Assembly (NCBI GenBank): GCA_003250375.1
Contig: QKGR01000019.1
Span: 1-43,986, forward strand
Length of the DNA: 43,986 bases
Direction: 5' to 3'
Source of the DNA: Candidatus Shapirobacteria bacterium
Lineage (GTDB): Bacteria > Patescibacteriota > Microgenomatia > UBA12405
A program made the position numbers and the translations under genes. The stretch's first letter is position 1; every line of letters begins with the position of its first letter. Shown here piece after piece: positions 9,161-17,716 of this stretch. The notes beneath the pieces are model-generated. The model saw nothing but the letters and a program-made list of their open reading frames with translations. It did no database searches and was not told the origin of the DNA.

Positions 9161-9673
9161 GTCGAGGAGGAGAGTTTGAAATTTTTGGTACTGGTTGGGG
9201 AAAACAAAATATGATTCGATTTGATTTAAATCGATCCATTTGAGGGCTTTTATTTCCTCAATTTGAGTCTGAATTTCGGATACTTGTCCAAGGAATTCGA
9301 CGAAAAATTGGGTGCGTTGTTGGCCTCGTCGCCAAATACCTTTTTTGTGAAAGGTGCTGACGACTACTTCGTCGGGCCACTCATAACAATCGATGATGGA
9401 ACTTTGTTTTAGGATTTTAAATTTAGGGCAGCCTAATTCTTCTGATAGTTCTCGGATGATGGCTTGAGCGGGTGTTTCGTTTTGGTCGACTCCACCACCG
9501 GGCATGTCCCATTCATTGTCCTTAAAACTTTTCTTTTGAATAATCAGTACTTGGTTGTCCTTTATGATTAGGGCGGATGTACTTTGGCGATAGTCGAGTT
9601 GATCTCGATTGAATAGTGAATTGTTGTCCATGTCTGGTTGGAATAGTGTAGTATATTTATATATGAGCCACAA
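9146..9673 (-). CDS. NUDIX hydrolase
   Basis: Nudix box GGGVDQNETPAQAIIRELSEELG. An alternative start at 9631 (MDNNSLF) is possible. Confidence 0.8.
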   Translation of the reverse strand: MWLIYKYTTLFQPDMDNNSLFNRDQLDYRQSTSALIIKDNQVLIIQKKSFKDNEWDMPGGGVDQNETPAQAIIRELSEELGCPKFKILKQSSIIDCYEWPDEVVVSTFHKKGIWRRGQQRTQFFVEFLGQVSEIQTQIEEIKALKWIDLNQIESYFVFPNQYQKFQTLLLDLEIS

Positions 9674-9714
9674 GGTTGTTTTGGTGGATGTGGGGAAGTA
9701 TTTTTTCTGATTTT

Positions 9715-10287
9715 ATGAAAGTAATTTTAGTTAGACACGCAAAAATAGATAGAGGAAATGGTATTGTTCAGGCTGAAGACGACCATATTATTGTAGACGA
9801 AGATACTATGGTAAAGGTAGATAAAGCGCAAGTCGCTGTGTCTGACTCGGATGTGGTCTTTTGTTCAGATTTGAATAGAGCCAAAGAAACAGTAAAACTA
9901 TTGTTTCCAAATAGAAAAGACATTGTATATTCCGAGTTGCTACGAGAATATGTGAGGCCGTCGAGATTTGTGGGTAAAGATAAAAAAGAATTAGTGAACT
10001 TCTGGGAAGTTGAACATAAACAAGACAGATATGATCCTTTTTGGAAACCAGAAGACGGCGAGTCGTATTTTGAATGTGCGAGTAGAGCGGAGAAATTTTA
10101 CAGAAAATTGCTTGAAGTTAAAGAAACTGGAGTCCAGAAGGTTGTGGTAGTAGGCCATGGTACATTGTTTAGACATTTGGTTTGTGCTTTAGTAGGAGTG
10201 GATTGGAAAGAGAATCCTAGAATTGGAATAGATTTGTTGAGGAGTTTTTCTTGGGATAATTTAGAATCAAAGAATTATGAGATTTAG
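9715..10287 (+). CDS. histidine phosphatase family protein (phosphoglycerate-mutase-like)
   Basis: MKVILVRHAK (RH motif) and VVVVGHGTLFRHL (second catalytic His). The start was moved to the ATG at 9715. Confidence 0.7.
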   Translation: MKVILVRHAKIDRGNGIVQAEDDHIIVDEDTMVKVDKAQVAVSDSDVVFCSDLNRAKETVKLLFPNRKDIVYSELLREYVRPSRFVGKDKKELVNFWEVEHKQDRYDPFWKPEDGESYFECASRAEKFYRKLLEVKETGVQKVVVVGHGTLFRHLVCALVGVDWKENPRIGIDLLRSFSWDNLESKNYEI

Positions 10288-10366
10288 ATAGGTTGAACGA
10301 TGTTGGTTTTTAGCGTATCAGTGTGATATTATTGAACATTGAATTCGTTATCTATTTTTCAGATAT

Positions 10367-10783
10367 ATGGAATTACCAATAAAAGTAGAAGGTGTATTGT
10401 TTAGTAAGGTTGATGGTCGTTTTCAGTTTCTGTTGATAAAACGAAGTATTGAAGATGGTGGCTTTTGGCAGCCATTAACTGGAACACTTGAAGATGGTGA
10501 AAAAGTTTTGGACTGTTTAAGAAGAGAGCTAATTGAAGAAATTGGAACTGAAAATCCTAAGGAAATTTCAGAAGATTTTTTTCGATTTGACTGGAAGAAT
10601 AAGCGAGGTGAAACTATAGTTGAATTAGTTTATGGTGTTGAATTGGAGCCAAATTCAAAAGTTGTACTAAGTCATGAGCATACTGACTATAAATGGTGTG
10701 AATATGAAGAAGCAATCCAGTTGTTAGGGAGAGAAAACAATAAAAAGTCACTTGAGGCTTTTGTTGCTGCTTTTTCTAATTAA
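10367..10783 (+). CDS. NUDIX hydrolase
   Basis: Nudix box GTLEDGEKVLDCLRRELIEEIG. Confidence 0.8.
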   Translation: MELPIKVEGVLFSKVDGRFQFLLIKRSIEDGGFWQPLTGTLEDGEKVLDCLRRELIEEIGTENPKEISEDFFRFDWKNKRGETIVELVYGVELEPNSKVVLSHEHTDYKWCEYEEAIQLLGRENNKKSLEAFVAAFSN

Positions 10784-10803
10784 GAATTTTTGATTTAAAT
10801 ATA

Positions 10804-11613
10804 ATGAATAAAATAACCATTTTGGGTTCTGGGGATACATTGGGTACTCCAGTTGTTGGTGATCATATTCAGCAAATTAAAACTAAACGTACTCGTTTTG
10901 GATTACTGTTGGAAATAAACGGTAAGAAAATTTTAATTGATACTAATCCAGATTTGAGGGAGCAATGTCTGCGGCTTGGATTAGATTTGAAAACGATAGA
11001 TAACATATTCGTGACCCATACCCATCCTGATCATGTAAATGGAATGGGAGAATTTTTTTATAGAAAAGAAGCGCCGATACCTACGTATCATTTAGAACAT
11101 CCACTAATCAATAGTCACACTGATTCTTTTAGGTATTTGGAGCGAGAAAAAGTGCTTAATTTTTTGGCGTTTGAGAATTATCAACCAATAAAGTTAGAGA
11201 ATGGTATGGTCGTGACTCCAATCGAATTAAACCATGGTTTTCCTTGTAGTGGTTTTGTAATAGAGTTTGATAACACTAAGATTGGAATTGTTTCAGATAC
11301 GAATCTTAAGTTAAAGGAAAAATCTTTGGACTTACTAAACAATTGCGATATTCTTTTTGCAGATGCGTTTTCAGAAGACTTGGAACAGGTGTCTAGTTTA
11401 TATGATCGCTGTGGAATTACAACGCCAAATTTAGAAAATGAGTGGTTTCATATGACAATTAGTGAGGCTATTGATTTGCAACGGAAAACAAATTCAAAAA
11501 AACTATATACGGTACATATGAGTAGCTTTATGTCATCTCATGACAAGCTAGTTGATAAGTATCAGACGGATAATGTTGTTGTGGGTTATGATTTGTGCGA
11601 GATACAGATTTAG
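10804..11613 (+). CDS. MBL-fold metallo-hydrolase, PhnP-like (cyclic phosphodiesterase-like)
   Basis: ILGSGDTLGTPVVG N-terminus, ILIDTNPDL and the THTHPDHVNG metal-binding motif. The layout resembles PhnP-type phosphoribosyl cyclic phosphodiesterases. Confidence 0.7.
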   Translation: MNKITILGSGDTLGTPVVGDHIQQIKTKRTRFGLLLEINGKKILIDTNPDLREQCLRLGLDLKTIDNIFVTHTHPDHVNGMGEFFYRKEAPIPTYHLEHPLINSHTDSFRYLEREKVLNFLAFENYQPIKLENGMVVTPIELNHGFPCSGFVIEFDNTKIGIVSDTNLKLKEKSLDLLNNCDILFADAFSEDLEQVSSLYDRCGITTPNLENEWFHMTISEAIDLQRKTNSKKLYTVHMSSFMSSHDKLVDKYQTDNVVVGYDLCEIQI

Positions 11614-11689
11614 TAGGTATATGTAGGAAAAGTTGATTAATATTGGAATAACAAAAATGTATATTTATTGGGTATAATTGGAGCGTCAA

Positions 11690-12250
11690 ATGAGAATAAA
11701 TATCATTGGTCCGAGCGGATCAGGGAAAACAACTCTTTCAAAGTGGTTGGCCAAGAAAGAAAGGATTAAGTCGATAAATCTTGATAAGAAGTTTATAGAT
11801 TTAAGAAGATCAAATAGAAAGAAATTTGTATTTTTGGATCAGATAAAGATTGATAAAAATATTGATGAGTGTATAAGTGGAAAGGATTGGATAATTGAAG
11901 GGATATATCCGATTGATAAAGTATTACAGGCTTCTGACTTTATTGTTTTTGTAAAGCCACCAATGATCGTGTCGCTTTGGGGGGTTTGGAATAGATATAT
12001 GAGAAATAAATACCAGCGACAGAAGTTTGGTTTTTTAAGCTATTTAAACCTAACAAAGGTAGTGTTAAAGCAATACTTGTGTAAAAAGAAATTCTTTACC
12101 ATTTCGAATCGAACATACAATTATCCAACTTTATCTACAGTAGAGGAGATTGTGTATGGGAAATATTGGCAGAAAGTGGTTCGAGTTCCTCATGGTCGCA
12201 GTTTCAGAAAAATGATTGAAAAGGACTCTGCCTTATTAAATAAGCGGTAG
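11690..12250 (+). CDS. P-loop NTPase / nucleotide-kinase-like protein (adenylate-kinase or FlaR-like)
   Basis: Walker A IIGPSGSGKTTL followed by INLDKKF. The start was moved to the ATG at 11690, which is preceded by TATAAT and GGAG. Confidence 0.6.
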   Translation: MRINIIGPSGSGKTTLSKWLAKKERIKSINLDKKFIDLRRSNRKKFVFLDQIKIDKNIDECISGKDWIIEGIYPIDKVLQASDFIVFVKPPMIVSLWGVWNRYMRNKYQRQKFGFLSYLNLTKVVLKQYLCKKKFFTISNRTYNYPTLSTVEEIVYGKYWQKVVRVPHGRSFRKMIEKDSALLNKR

Positions 12251-12272
12251 TTTGGTGTGTTAAAATAGTCCT

Positions 12273-12833
12273 ATGAAAGCATATTTTTCAGCATCAAGAT
12301 ATTATCGGGATCAAAACATTGATAACTACAATAAGATCGTAGAAATGTTGAAAGGAAATGATTGTCGCATACTTGAGAATACCTCAAGATTGTTCCCAAA
12401 AGATTCTAGTAAGATTGAGGATAGAGTGAATGGATACAAGAAGATGTTGGACATGATCGATAAAGCTGATTTTTCAGTATTTGAAGCATCTTTTCCATCG
12501 ACCTTGCATATTGGACATGAAATCACATTGGCTATAGATAAAGGCAAGCCTGTAATTGTTCTATACACAAAAGGAAGCGAGCCGATGTTGTTTAGGGGTA
12601 TTCAAAATGACAAAATTGTATGGGTAGAATACAACCTAGATAATTTAGAGGAGAAATTAGCTGAAGCGATTGTTCAGGTAAAGAACATTCAAGATGTGAG
12701 ATTTAATTTCTTTGTGTCACCACAAATATTGAATTTTCTTGATTGGGTAGCCAAAGAGAGAAGAATACCAAGATCTGTTTTCTTAAGATCTCTAATTGAG
12801 AAGGAAATGAAAAAAGAAAAGGAGTATAAATAG
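12273..12833 (+). CDS. nucleoside 2-deoxyribosyltransferase-like domain fused to a C-terminal ribbon-helix-helix-like segment
   Basis: KAYFSAS..., then DKADFSVFEASFPSTLHIGHEITLAIDKGKPVIVLY, which resembles the NDT/Rcl-like fold signature. The C-terminal VAKERRIPRSVFLRSLIEKEMKKE resembles a CopG/RHH strand-helix. This is a motif-level call only. Confidence 0.45.
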   Translation: MKAYFSASRYYRDQNIDNYNKIVEMLKGNDCRILENTSRLFPKDSSKIEDRVNGYKKMLDMIDKADFSVFEASFPSTLHIGHEITLAIDKGKPVIVLYTKGSEPMLFRGIQNDKIVWVEYNLDNLEEKLAEAIVQVKNIQDVRFNFFVSPQILNFLDWVAKERRIPRSVFLRSLIEKEMKKEKEYK

Positions 12834-12836
12834 GAT

Positions 12837-13538
12837 TTATTCGGAAGCGTTGACTTGTGATTGGATAAAAATATCTTTGAAATTAGCTATGTGATTTTTG
12901 AGATATTTGATGTCGTCGTCAGATAGTAGATTTGTGTCGTTGGCTAGTTTTAATAAGTTTTCAAACTTAGAAAGTGAATAAATATCTAATTTGAGTTCCT
13001 TTGATAAGAAATCGTCGATGCCGTAGCTGTAGATACTAATGAAGGATAGATTGTTGTAACCAAGACTTCGAAGGTATTTTAGTGATTTTGACAAAGTGAG
13101 GCCTTTGGCTAATACATCATCAATAATAATGATGTGAGAATCTTTTGATGGGGCTATACCAATAACTTTTCTGAAATCACCATAGGACTTTGATTCTTTT
13201 CGAAGAAAAAATAAGGGAAGTTCAAGTTTGTCAGCTAGAGCGGCTGCAAAATAGGAACCGCCGCTTTCTAAACCACAGATAGTGTCGATTTGTTGATTCT
13301 TGAGGTGTTCTGTAATTTTTGATATGACGATTTTTCGATTGTCGGGGTTGGTGACAAGCTTCTTGATGTCGATGTAGATAGGGGAGAAGAAGTTGGGGGT
13401 TGGCTCGTAAAGTTTGTTTTTTGAGAAGCCAAATGAGCCTGGAGTATTGAGGATGATTTCTTCAATGGGAAAGTTGGAATTCATATTTTTTCGATTATCT
13501 AAAGGACGTATTTTTACATAGTTATTGATAATTGTCAA
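12837..13538 (-). CDS. phosphoribosyltransferase (orotate-PRTase-like)
   Basis: PRPP-binding loop HIIIIDDVLAKGLTLS, FFSPIYIDIKKL and GLESGG, as in type I PRTases and PyrE. Confidence 0.7.
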   Translation of the reverse strand: MTIINNYVKIRPLDNRKNMNSNFPIEEIILNTPGSFGFSKNKLYEPTPNFFSPIYIDIKKLVTNPDNRKIVISKITEHLKNQQIDTICGLESGGSYFAAALADKLELPLFFLRKESKSYGDFRKVIGIAPSKDSHIIIIDDVLAKGLTLSKSLKYLRSLGYNNLSFISIYSYGIDDFLSKELKLDIYSLSKFENLLKLANDTNLLSDDDIKYLKNHIANFKDIFIQSQVNASE

Positions 13539-13548
13539 AAGAAGGATG

Positions 13549-14184
13549 TTAAAGGGTGTTCATATGGATCGATTCGGGGAAGAATTGGTATTTTTCGGTA
13601 ACTATAAACATAGCATGATTGTCGTCAACTTCTTGTAATTTTCCTGAAGCATCGGTAATTTTGTTGATGTCCCACCAGCGGTGTTCGAAGCCGAGAATGG
13701 TAAATTTGCGGTCGTCGTGGGAGTAGTGTTTTTCGGGGTCGGCGATGACAACTTCGTTTTTCATGGTGTCGATGTGGGTGACAATGCTATAGTGGCCGGC
13801 ATCGTCGTCGTCATCCTCGTAGTAGTCGTCCTCATCGTCCTCGTCGTCGGGCCAGTCGAATAAGCCTTGCCATTCGACGCCGACAGGATAGTGGTGTTGG
13901 TTGACGATGCTGGAGAGGTCGTTGAGGCTTGAGTTGAATTTAAACCAAAATTGGAGCTCGTTGGGGAAGAGACGACTTACGGCGAGGGCCAGATCGTTGA
14001 TGGTGGCGCCGTGGACTTTGATTTTGTCCTCAATGCCGGCGGCAGCGACGATTTGAGCTTGGCTAACTTCGTAGCCGAGGAAACCCAAAAGCATTTGAAT
14101 TACGGCCGGTCCACAGTTGTAGACATTGTCTTGGGAAATTCTTTGGAGCGTAGGAAAGTGTTTCCTATTTAAGCTGTTTGGCAT
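13549..14184 (-). CDS. papain-like (C39-like) cysteine peptidase domain protein with a poly-acidic insert
   Basis: YNCGPAVIQMLLGFLGY (catalytic Cys context) and a downstream GHYSIV (His). It contains the insert DDEDDEDDYYEDDDDD. It overlaps the ddl-like stop by 20 nt. Confidence 0.5.
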   Translation of the reverse strand: MPNSLNRKHFPTLQRISQDNVYNCGPAVIQMLLGFLGYEVSQAQIVAAAGIEDKIKVHGATINDLALAVSRLFPNELQFWFKFNSSLNDLSSIVNQHHYPVGVEWQGLFDWPDDEDDEDDYYEDDDDDAGHYSIVTHIDTMKNEVVIADPEKHYSHDDRKFTILGFEHRWWDINKITDASGKLQEVDDNHAMFIVTEKYQFFPESIHMNTL

Positions 14185-15280
14185 ATTTGGTGAGCAAAGA
14201 GGCGACGATGTCCTCGAAGGCTATACCATGCATGGCGGCGACCTCGGTGAAAGGAAGTCCCATGTCGGGGCCGAAAGCGGTGTTGGGGTTGCTGTCGGTG
14301 AAATAGGGAATACCGGTTAGTTCGTCGTAGCGGACATCAAATTTGGCGTAATCTTTGTGCTGGAGAGCGTTGAAGGCTCGGACAGACAAACGGGCAAGCT
14401 TGGTCTGAAGCGGCTCGGAAACATGAGTATATTTGTAGGCTCGGGCGTCTTCGTAACTTTCGATGGAGGTGAAAAAATGTTTGCCGTCGGGCTTGGTTCT
14501 AAAGATTTTTTGGCCCATCCAAACGTGTTTTTTGGTACCATCATCGAAAACACAGACGGTAATTTCGGGTCCGTCGATGAACTGTTCGACGATAACAGGT
14601 TGTTTGTAGGTGGTAATCATTTTGTCGACTTTACGCTGAGCGTCGCGGAGAGTTTCCTTGACGGCTTTGTTGTCGATGCCAACGGAACCACCAGAACCAC
14701 AGAGTTTGACGATAAGGGGAGTGCCGAGGTCTGATTGGACAGCTGTACCAGCACGACGAATGTATTGGAAGGCGGGAGTGGGAACGTCGTAGGCCATTAG
14801 AAGTCTTTTGGTAAGATTTCTGTCGTTGCCAATAACCATGCCGGTCATGCCAGCGCCTGTGTAGGGAATATTGGATAATTCCAGAGCAGCAGGAACTGAA
14901 GTTTGAAGAGTGTCTTTACCTTTGAGGGTGTCAACTAAATTGAGAACAACGTTGGGTTTGTCGACCAAAAGATTAGTAAGAAAGTATTGATTTCCAGGAA
15001 TGGCTTTGACATTGATACCGAGTTTTTTGATTACTTCGGCGACTTCGGCGGCGCGATCCTCAACTTCAACTTCGGCTTCATAGGAATCCTTGGTGGGGAA
15101 CCATTCGCGCTCGACGTGAGAATAGGCGACGGTAACCAAATCGAGTTTTTTAAGAGCTTGTTTGTCGATATTGAGATGATATTTTTGTCTTTTTGGAGTG
15201 GACGGGGCTTTGCTGGCTTCAACTACTTTTTCTGGAGAATCGTTAATTTCAGGCTTTTTTCTATTTAAAATATTGAACAT
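14165..15280 (-). CDS. ddl: D-alanine--D-alanine ligase family ATP-grasp enzyme with an N-terminal extension
   Basis: ATP-grasp layout (IVKLCGSGGSVGI, VIVEQFIDGPEITV, the C-terminal FTDSNPNTAFGP region). It is adjacent to the murF-like gene. Confidence 0.7.
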   Translation of the reverse strand: MFNILNRKKPEINDSPEKVVEASKAPSTPKRQKYHLNIDKQALKKLDLVTVAYSHVEREWFPTKDSYEAEVEVEDRAAEVAEVIKKLGINVKAIPGNQYFLTNLLVDKPNVVLNLVDTLKGKDTLQTSVPAALELSNIPYTGAGMTGMVIGNDRNLTKRLLMAYDVPTPAFQYIRRAGTAVQSDLGTPLIVKLCGSGGSVGIDNKAVKETLRDAQRKVDKMITTYKQPVIVEQFIDGPEITVCVFDDGTKKHVWMGQKIFRTKPDGKHFFTSIESYEDARAYKYTHVSEPLQTKLARLSVRAFNALQHKDYAKFDVRYDELTGIPYFTDSNPNTAFGPDMGLPFTEVAAMHGIAFEDIVASLLTKYAKQLK

Positions 15281-15331
15281 ATAAAAAATATACAGTAAAA
15301 AATCTTGGTAGGGAAGACTTAAATTTAAAAG

Positions 15332-16693
15332 TTACTGATGTTTTGAATCGTAGAAGCTTTGTTTTTGGTGGAGCCAATAGGGAGTTTGGCGACAGAGAAG
15401 TTGTTGGTCGGAAGGATTGCTAAGAATGGTTTTAATTAGTTCTTCAAGATAAATTGTGTTTTGAGAGCCTTTGAAAAGTATAGAAGAGTGAGGGTTATTT
15501 GAAAGATAGTCGAGAAGAAAATCTTTGGCTTGCCACCAGTGTTGGAAAGTTTGGACTTCTTTTGATGGTTTGAAGTATTTTTGGGTTTCGGGGCCAATAC
15601 CAATAATTAAATCGGCAGATTGGAGGGCTTGTTTGAAAAGAGTTTGGTGTTCAATTGGGGATTGGTCGCCAAGTTCGCGCATGTCGCCAATAATGGCGAT
15701 TTTAGGCGATGGAAATTTGGCTAAAAGATGGAGCATTTCTTGGGTTGGAGTAGGGGAGGAATTGTAGCTACTGTCGATGATTAGGGAATCATTGATGCCA
15801 TGAAGCAGAGATGAGCGTCCGGGTGGAAGGTGGAAGTGTTTTTGAATGTTGTTGATGATGGTTTTTGGAGCCAGTTCCAAGGTAATTCCTACAAGGAAAG
15901 CCGAAGCCAAGGAGACGTTGTAAATTTCAGGTAGGACAAATCGGGGAAGTTTGATGGAATAGGTTGAATTTTGAAATTTGAATTCAAAATTGAAACCTTG
16001 GGGACCGGAAATAGTTTTGGTGATTTTTAAATCAGAAGCTGAATTGTGGCTGAGAGTGAGTTTTTTGGCCAAACAAATTTGAGTAGTGGCGACAACGGTT
16101 GGATCGTCTTGGTTGATGATGGCAGTGCCGGTGGAGGGGAGAGAGTTAATTAATTTGGCTTTTTCTTGGCCAATTAATTGAATAATTTGCGATTGTCGTT
16201 TTGGGCCAGTAAGTTTTGAATCGACAAGATGATCGAAATTAAATGAATGGACCGAATTGACGTTTAGAAAAATTCCAATGTCGGGCTGAGCTATTTTGAG
16301 TAAGTACGACATATTTTTGGGAGAATCGGGAGAGTCGATGCCCATTTCGAGAATAAGGATGTCGTATGTTTTCCAATTAAATAAGAGCTGGAGAGGGGCT
16401 TTGATAGCGTTGATGATCCATTTTGAGATATTAAAATTATCCATGTGGAGGTCGAGGATAGAGAGGGGGAGGCCCGATTCGGAATTGCCGCCATAGTTGG
16501 TTTTGACTTTGAAAGAGCTTTGGAGGGCGGATTGGACGGCCAGCATGGTAGAGGATTTGCCGGCAGAACCGGTAATGCCGATGATATTCAATTTTCTGCC
16601 TTGGAGCTTTTGAAGAAGTTTAATTTTGTTGAGCTGGATAATGGCGATTATTCGAATGTAACTAAGAAAGATAAGTCCGATTTTTTGATACAT
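15332..16693 (-). CDS. murF: Mur ligase family protein (MurF-like UDP-MurNAc-tripeptide--D-Ala-D-Ala ligase)
   Basis: IIGITGSAGKSST P-loop and ILEMGIDSPD...IGIFLNVNSVH, typical of the Mur ligase central domain. Confidence 0.75.
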   Translation of the reverse strand: MYQKIGLIFLSYIRIIAIIQLNKIKLLQKLQGRKLNIIGITGSAGKSSTMLAVQSALQSSFKVKTNYGGNSESGLPLSILDLHMDNFNISKWIINAIKAPLQLLFNWKTYDILILEMGIDSPDSPKNMSYLLKIAQPDIGIFLNVNSVHSFNFDHLVDSKLTGPKRQSQIIQLIGQEKAKLINSLPSTGTAIINQDDPTVVATTQICLAKKLTLSHNSASDLKITKTISGPQGFNFEFKFQNSTYSIKLPRFVLPEIYNVSLASAFLVGITLELAPKTIINNIQKHFHLPPGRSSLLHGINDSLIIDSSYNSSPTPTQEMLHLLAKFPSPKIAIIGDMRELGDQSPIEHQTLFKQALQSADLIIGIGPETQKYFKPSKEVQTFQHWWQAKDFLLDYLSNNPHSSILFKGSQNTIYLEELIKTILSNPSDQQLLCRQTPYWLHQKQSFYDSKHQ

Positions 16694-16710
16694 AGTGTAT
16701 TTTAGCTCAA

Positions 16711-16738
16711 AAAACCCTCCAATTGCTTGGAGGGTTTT
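16711..16738 (-). terminator. intrinsic terminator after rplA
   Basis: On the minus strand: AAAACCCTCCAA-gcaa-TTGGAGGGTTTTTT. Confidence 0.6.
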
Positions 16739-16762
16739 AGAAGTTAAGTAGAGTACTAAATT

Positions 16763-17533
16763 TTACTTAAGGACTTCGATTTTGACTGAAGGACCCATGG
16801 TGGCACAGATAGCCAATTTTTTGATTTTGTTGGCTTTTACAGTGTTGATGAGTTCTTGGATGTTGGCAACTAGTTCTTCGGTAGCTTGGGAAGTTTTTCC
16901 GACTACGATGTGAACAACTGGAGCTTTCTTCTCGGTTCTAACGACAGTCTTGGCGGCAGAAAGTTTTTTGACTGCTGCTTCTGGATCGTCGGTAAGAGTA
17001 CCGCTTTTGGGATTTGGCATGAGGCCTTTTGGACCCAAAACACGGGCGAAAGGAAGGAGCTTGGGCATGGTGACGGGAGTAGCGATGAGGATATCAAAAT
17101 CGACTTTGCCATCTTTGATTTCAGCCAAGACAGTGTCGTTGAGGACAACGATTTTCTTGGAAGCGGATTCTAGGTGGGGGAAGGCGATTTCGCCTACAGT
17201 ACCGATGTCGACAATGGTGACATGGGCTTCGATTTTGGCATCGAACTTGGAAAGTGAAGTAGCTTTGGCTAATTCAACAGCCTCGTTGATGGGGTAATAT
17301 TTGCTGACGTCGATTTTGGACTTGGCAGCTTGGTATCGCTTGCTTCGAACTTTGGCTTGTCGAGTTTTTGATTCTTCGATAGGAGTTTCGTTTGTAACTT
17401 CAGTGGAGGTTTCAGGAGAGGTGTTTTCGATGACTTCTTCCTGAGCCTTTTGAGTAGTCTCTTGGACTTGCTCTTCCACTTTTTGTTGCTCTTTGAGAGC
17501 TTTTTTCTTGTTTTCTTGAGTGGTTTTGCTCAT
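16763..17533 (-). CDS. rplA: 50S ribosomal protein L1 with a Lys/Glu-rich N-terminal extension
   Basis: L1-typical core (KFDAKIEAHV..., GKVDFDILIATP, LGPKGLMPNPKSGT). Confidence 0.93.
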   Translation of the reverse strand: MSKTTQENKKKALKEQQKVEEQVQETTQKAQEEVIENTSPETSTEVTNETPIEESKTRQAKVRSKRYQAAKSKIDVSKYYPINEAVELAKATSLSKFDAKIEAHVTIVDIGTVGEIAFPHLESASKKIVVLNDTVLAEIKDGKVDFDILIATPVTMPKLLPFARVLGPKGLMPNPKSGTLTDDPEAAVKKLSAAKTVVRTEKKAPVVHIVVGKTSQATEELVANIQELINTVKANKIKKLAICATMGPSVKIEVLK

Positions 17534-17579
17534 TGTTTGTTTGAAAATTTAAAAATTGTAAATTAAAAATTTACTCGGA

Positions 17580-17594
17580 TATTATCTAATAAAT
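17580..17594 (-). promoter_or_regulatory. candidate rplA promoter -10 region (shared 15-mer)
   Basis: On the minus strand ATTTATTAGATAATA is identical to the 15-mer upstream of rplK (18212-18226). It contains GATAAT. Confidence 0.4.
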
Positions 17595-17621
17595 TAAGCT
17601 AAAAGTCGAGGGGTTAGGAAT

Positions 17622-17648
17622 AAAAACCCTCCGAAGGGTTTCGGAGGG
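17622..17648 (-). terminator. intrinsic terminator between rplK and rplA
   Basis: On the minus strand: CCCTCCGAA-accc-TTCGGAGGG followed by TTTTT. Two further hairpins precede it (GGTAC-gcaa-GTACC and TTCCTTTC-tt-GAAAGGAA). Confidence 0.6.
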
Positions 17649-17716
17649 TTAATTAAATTAAAATCCTTTGGTACTTGCGTACCACCTTTCCTTTCAAGAA
17701 AGGAACTGTTTTATTA

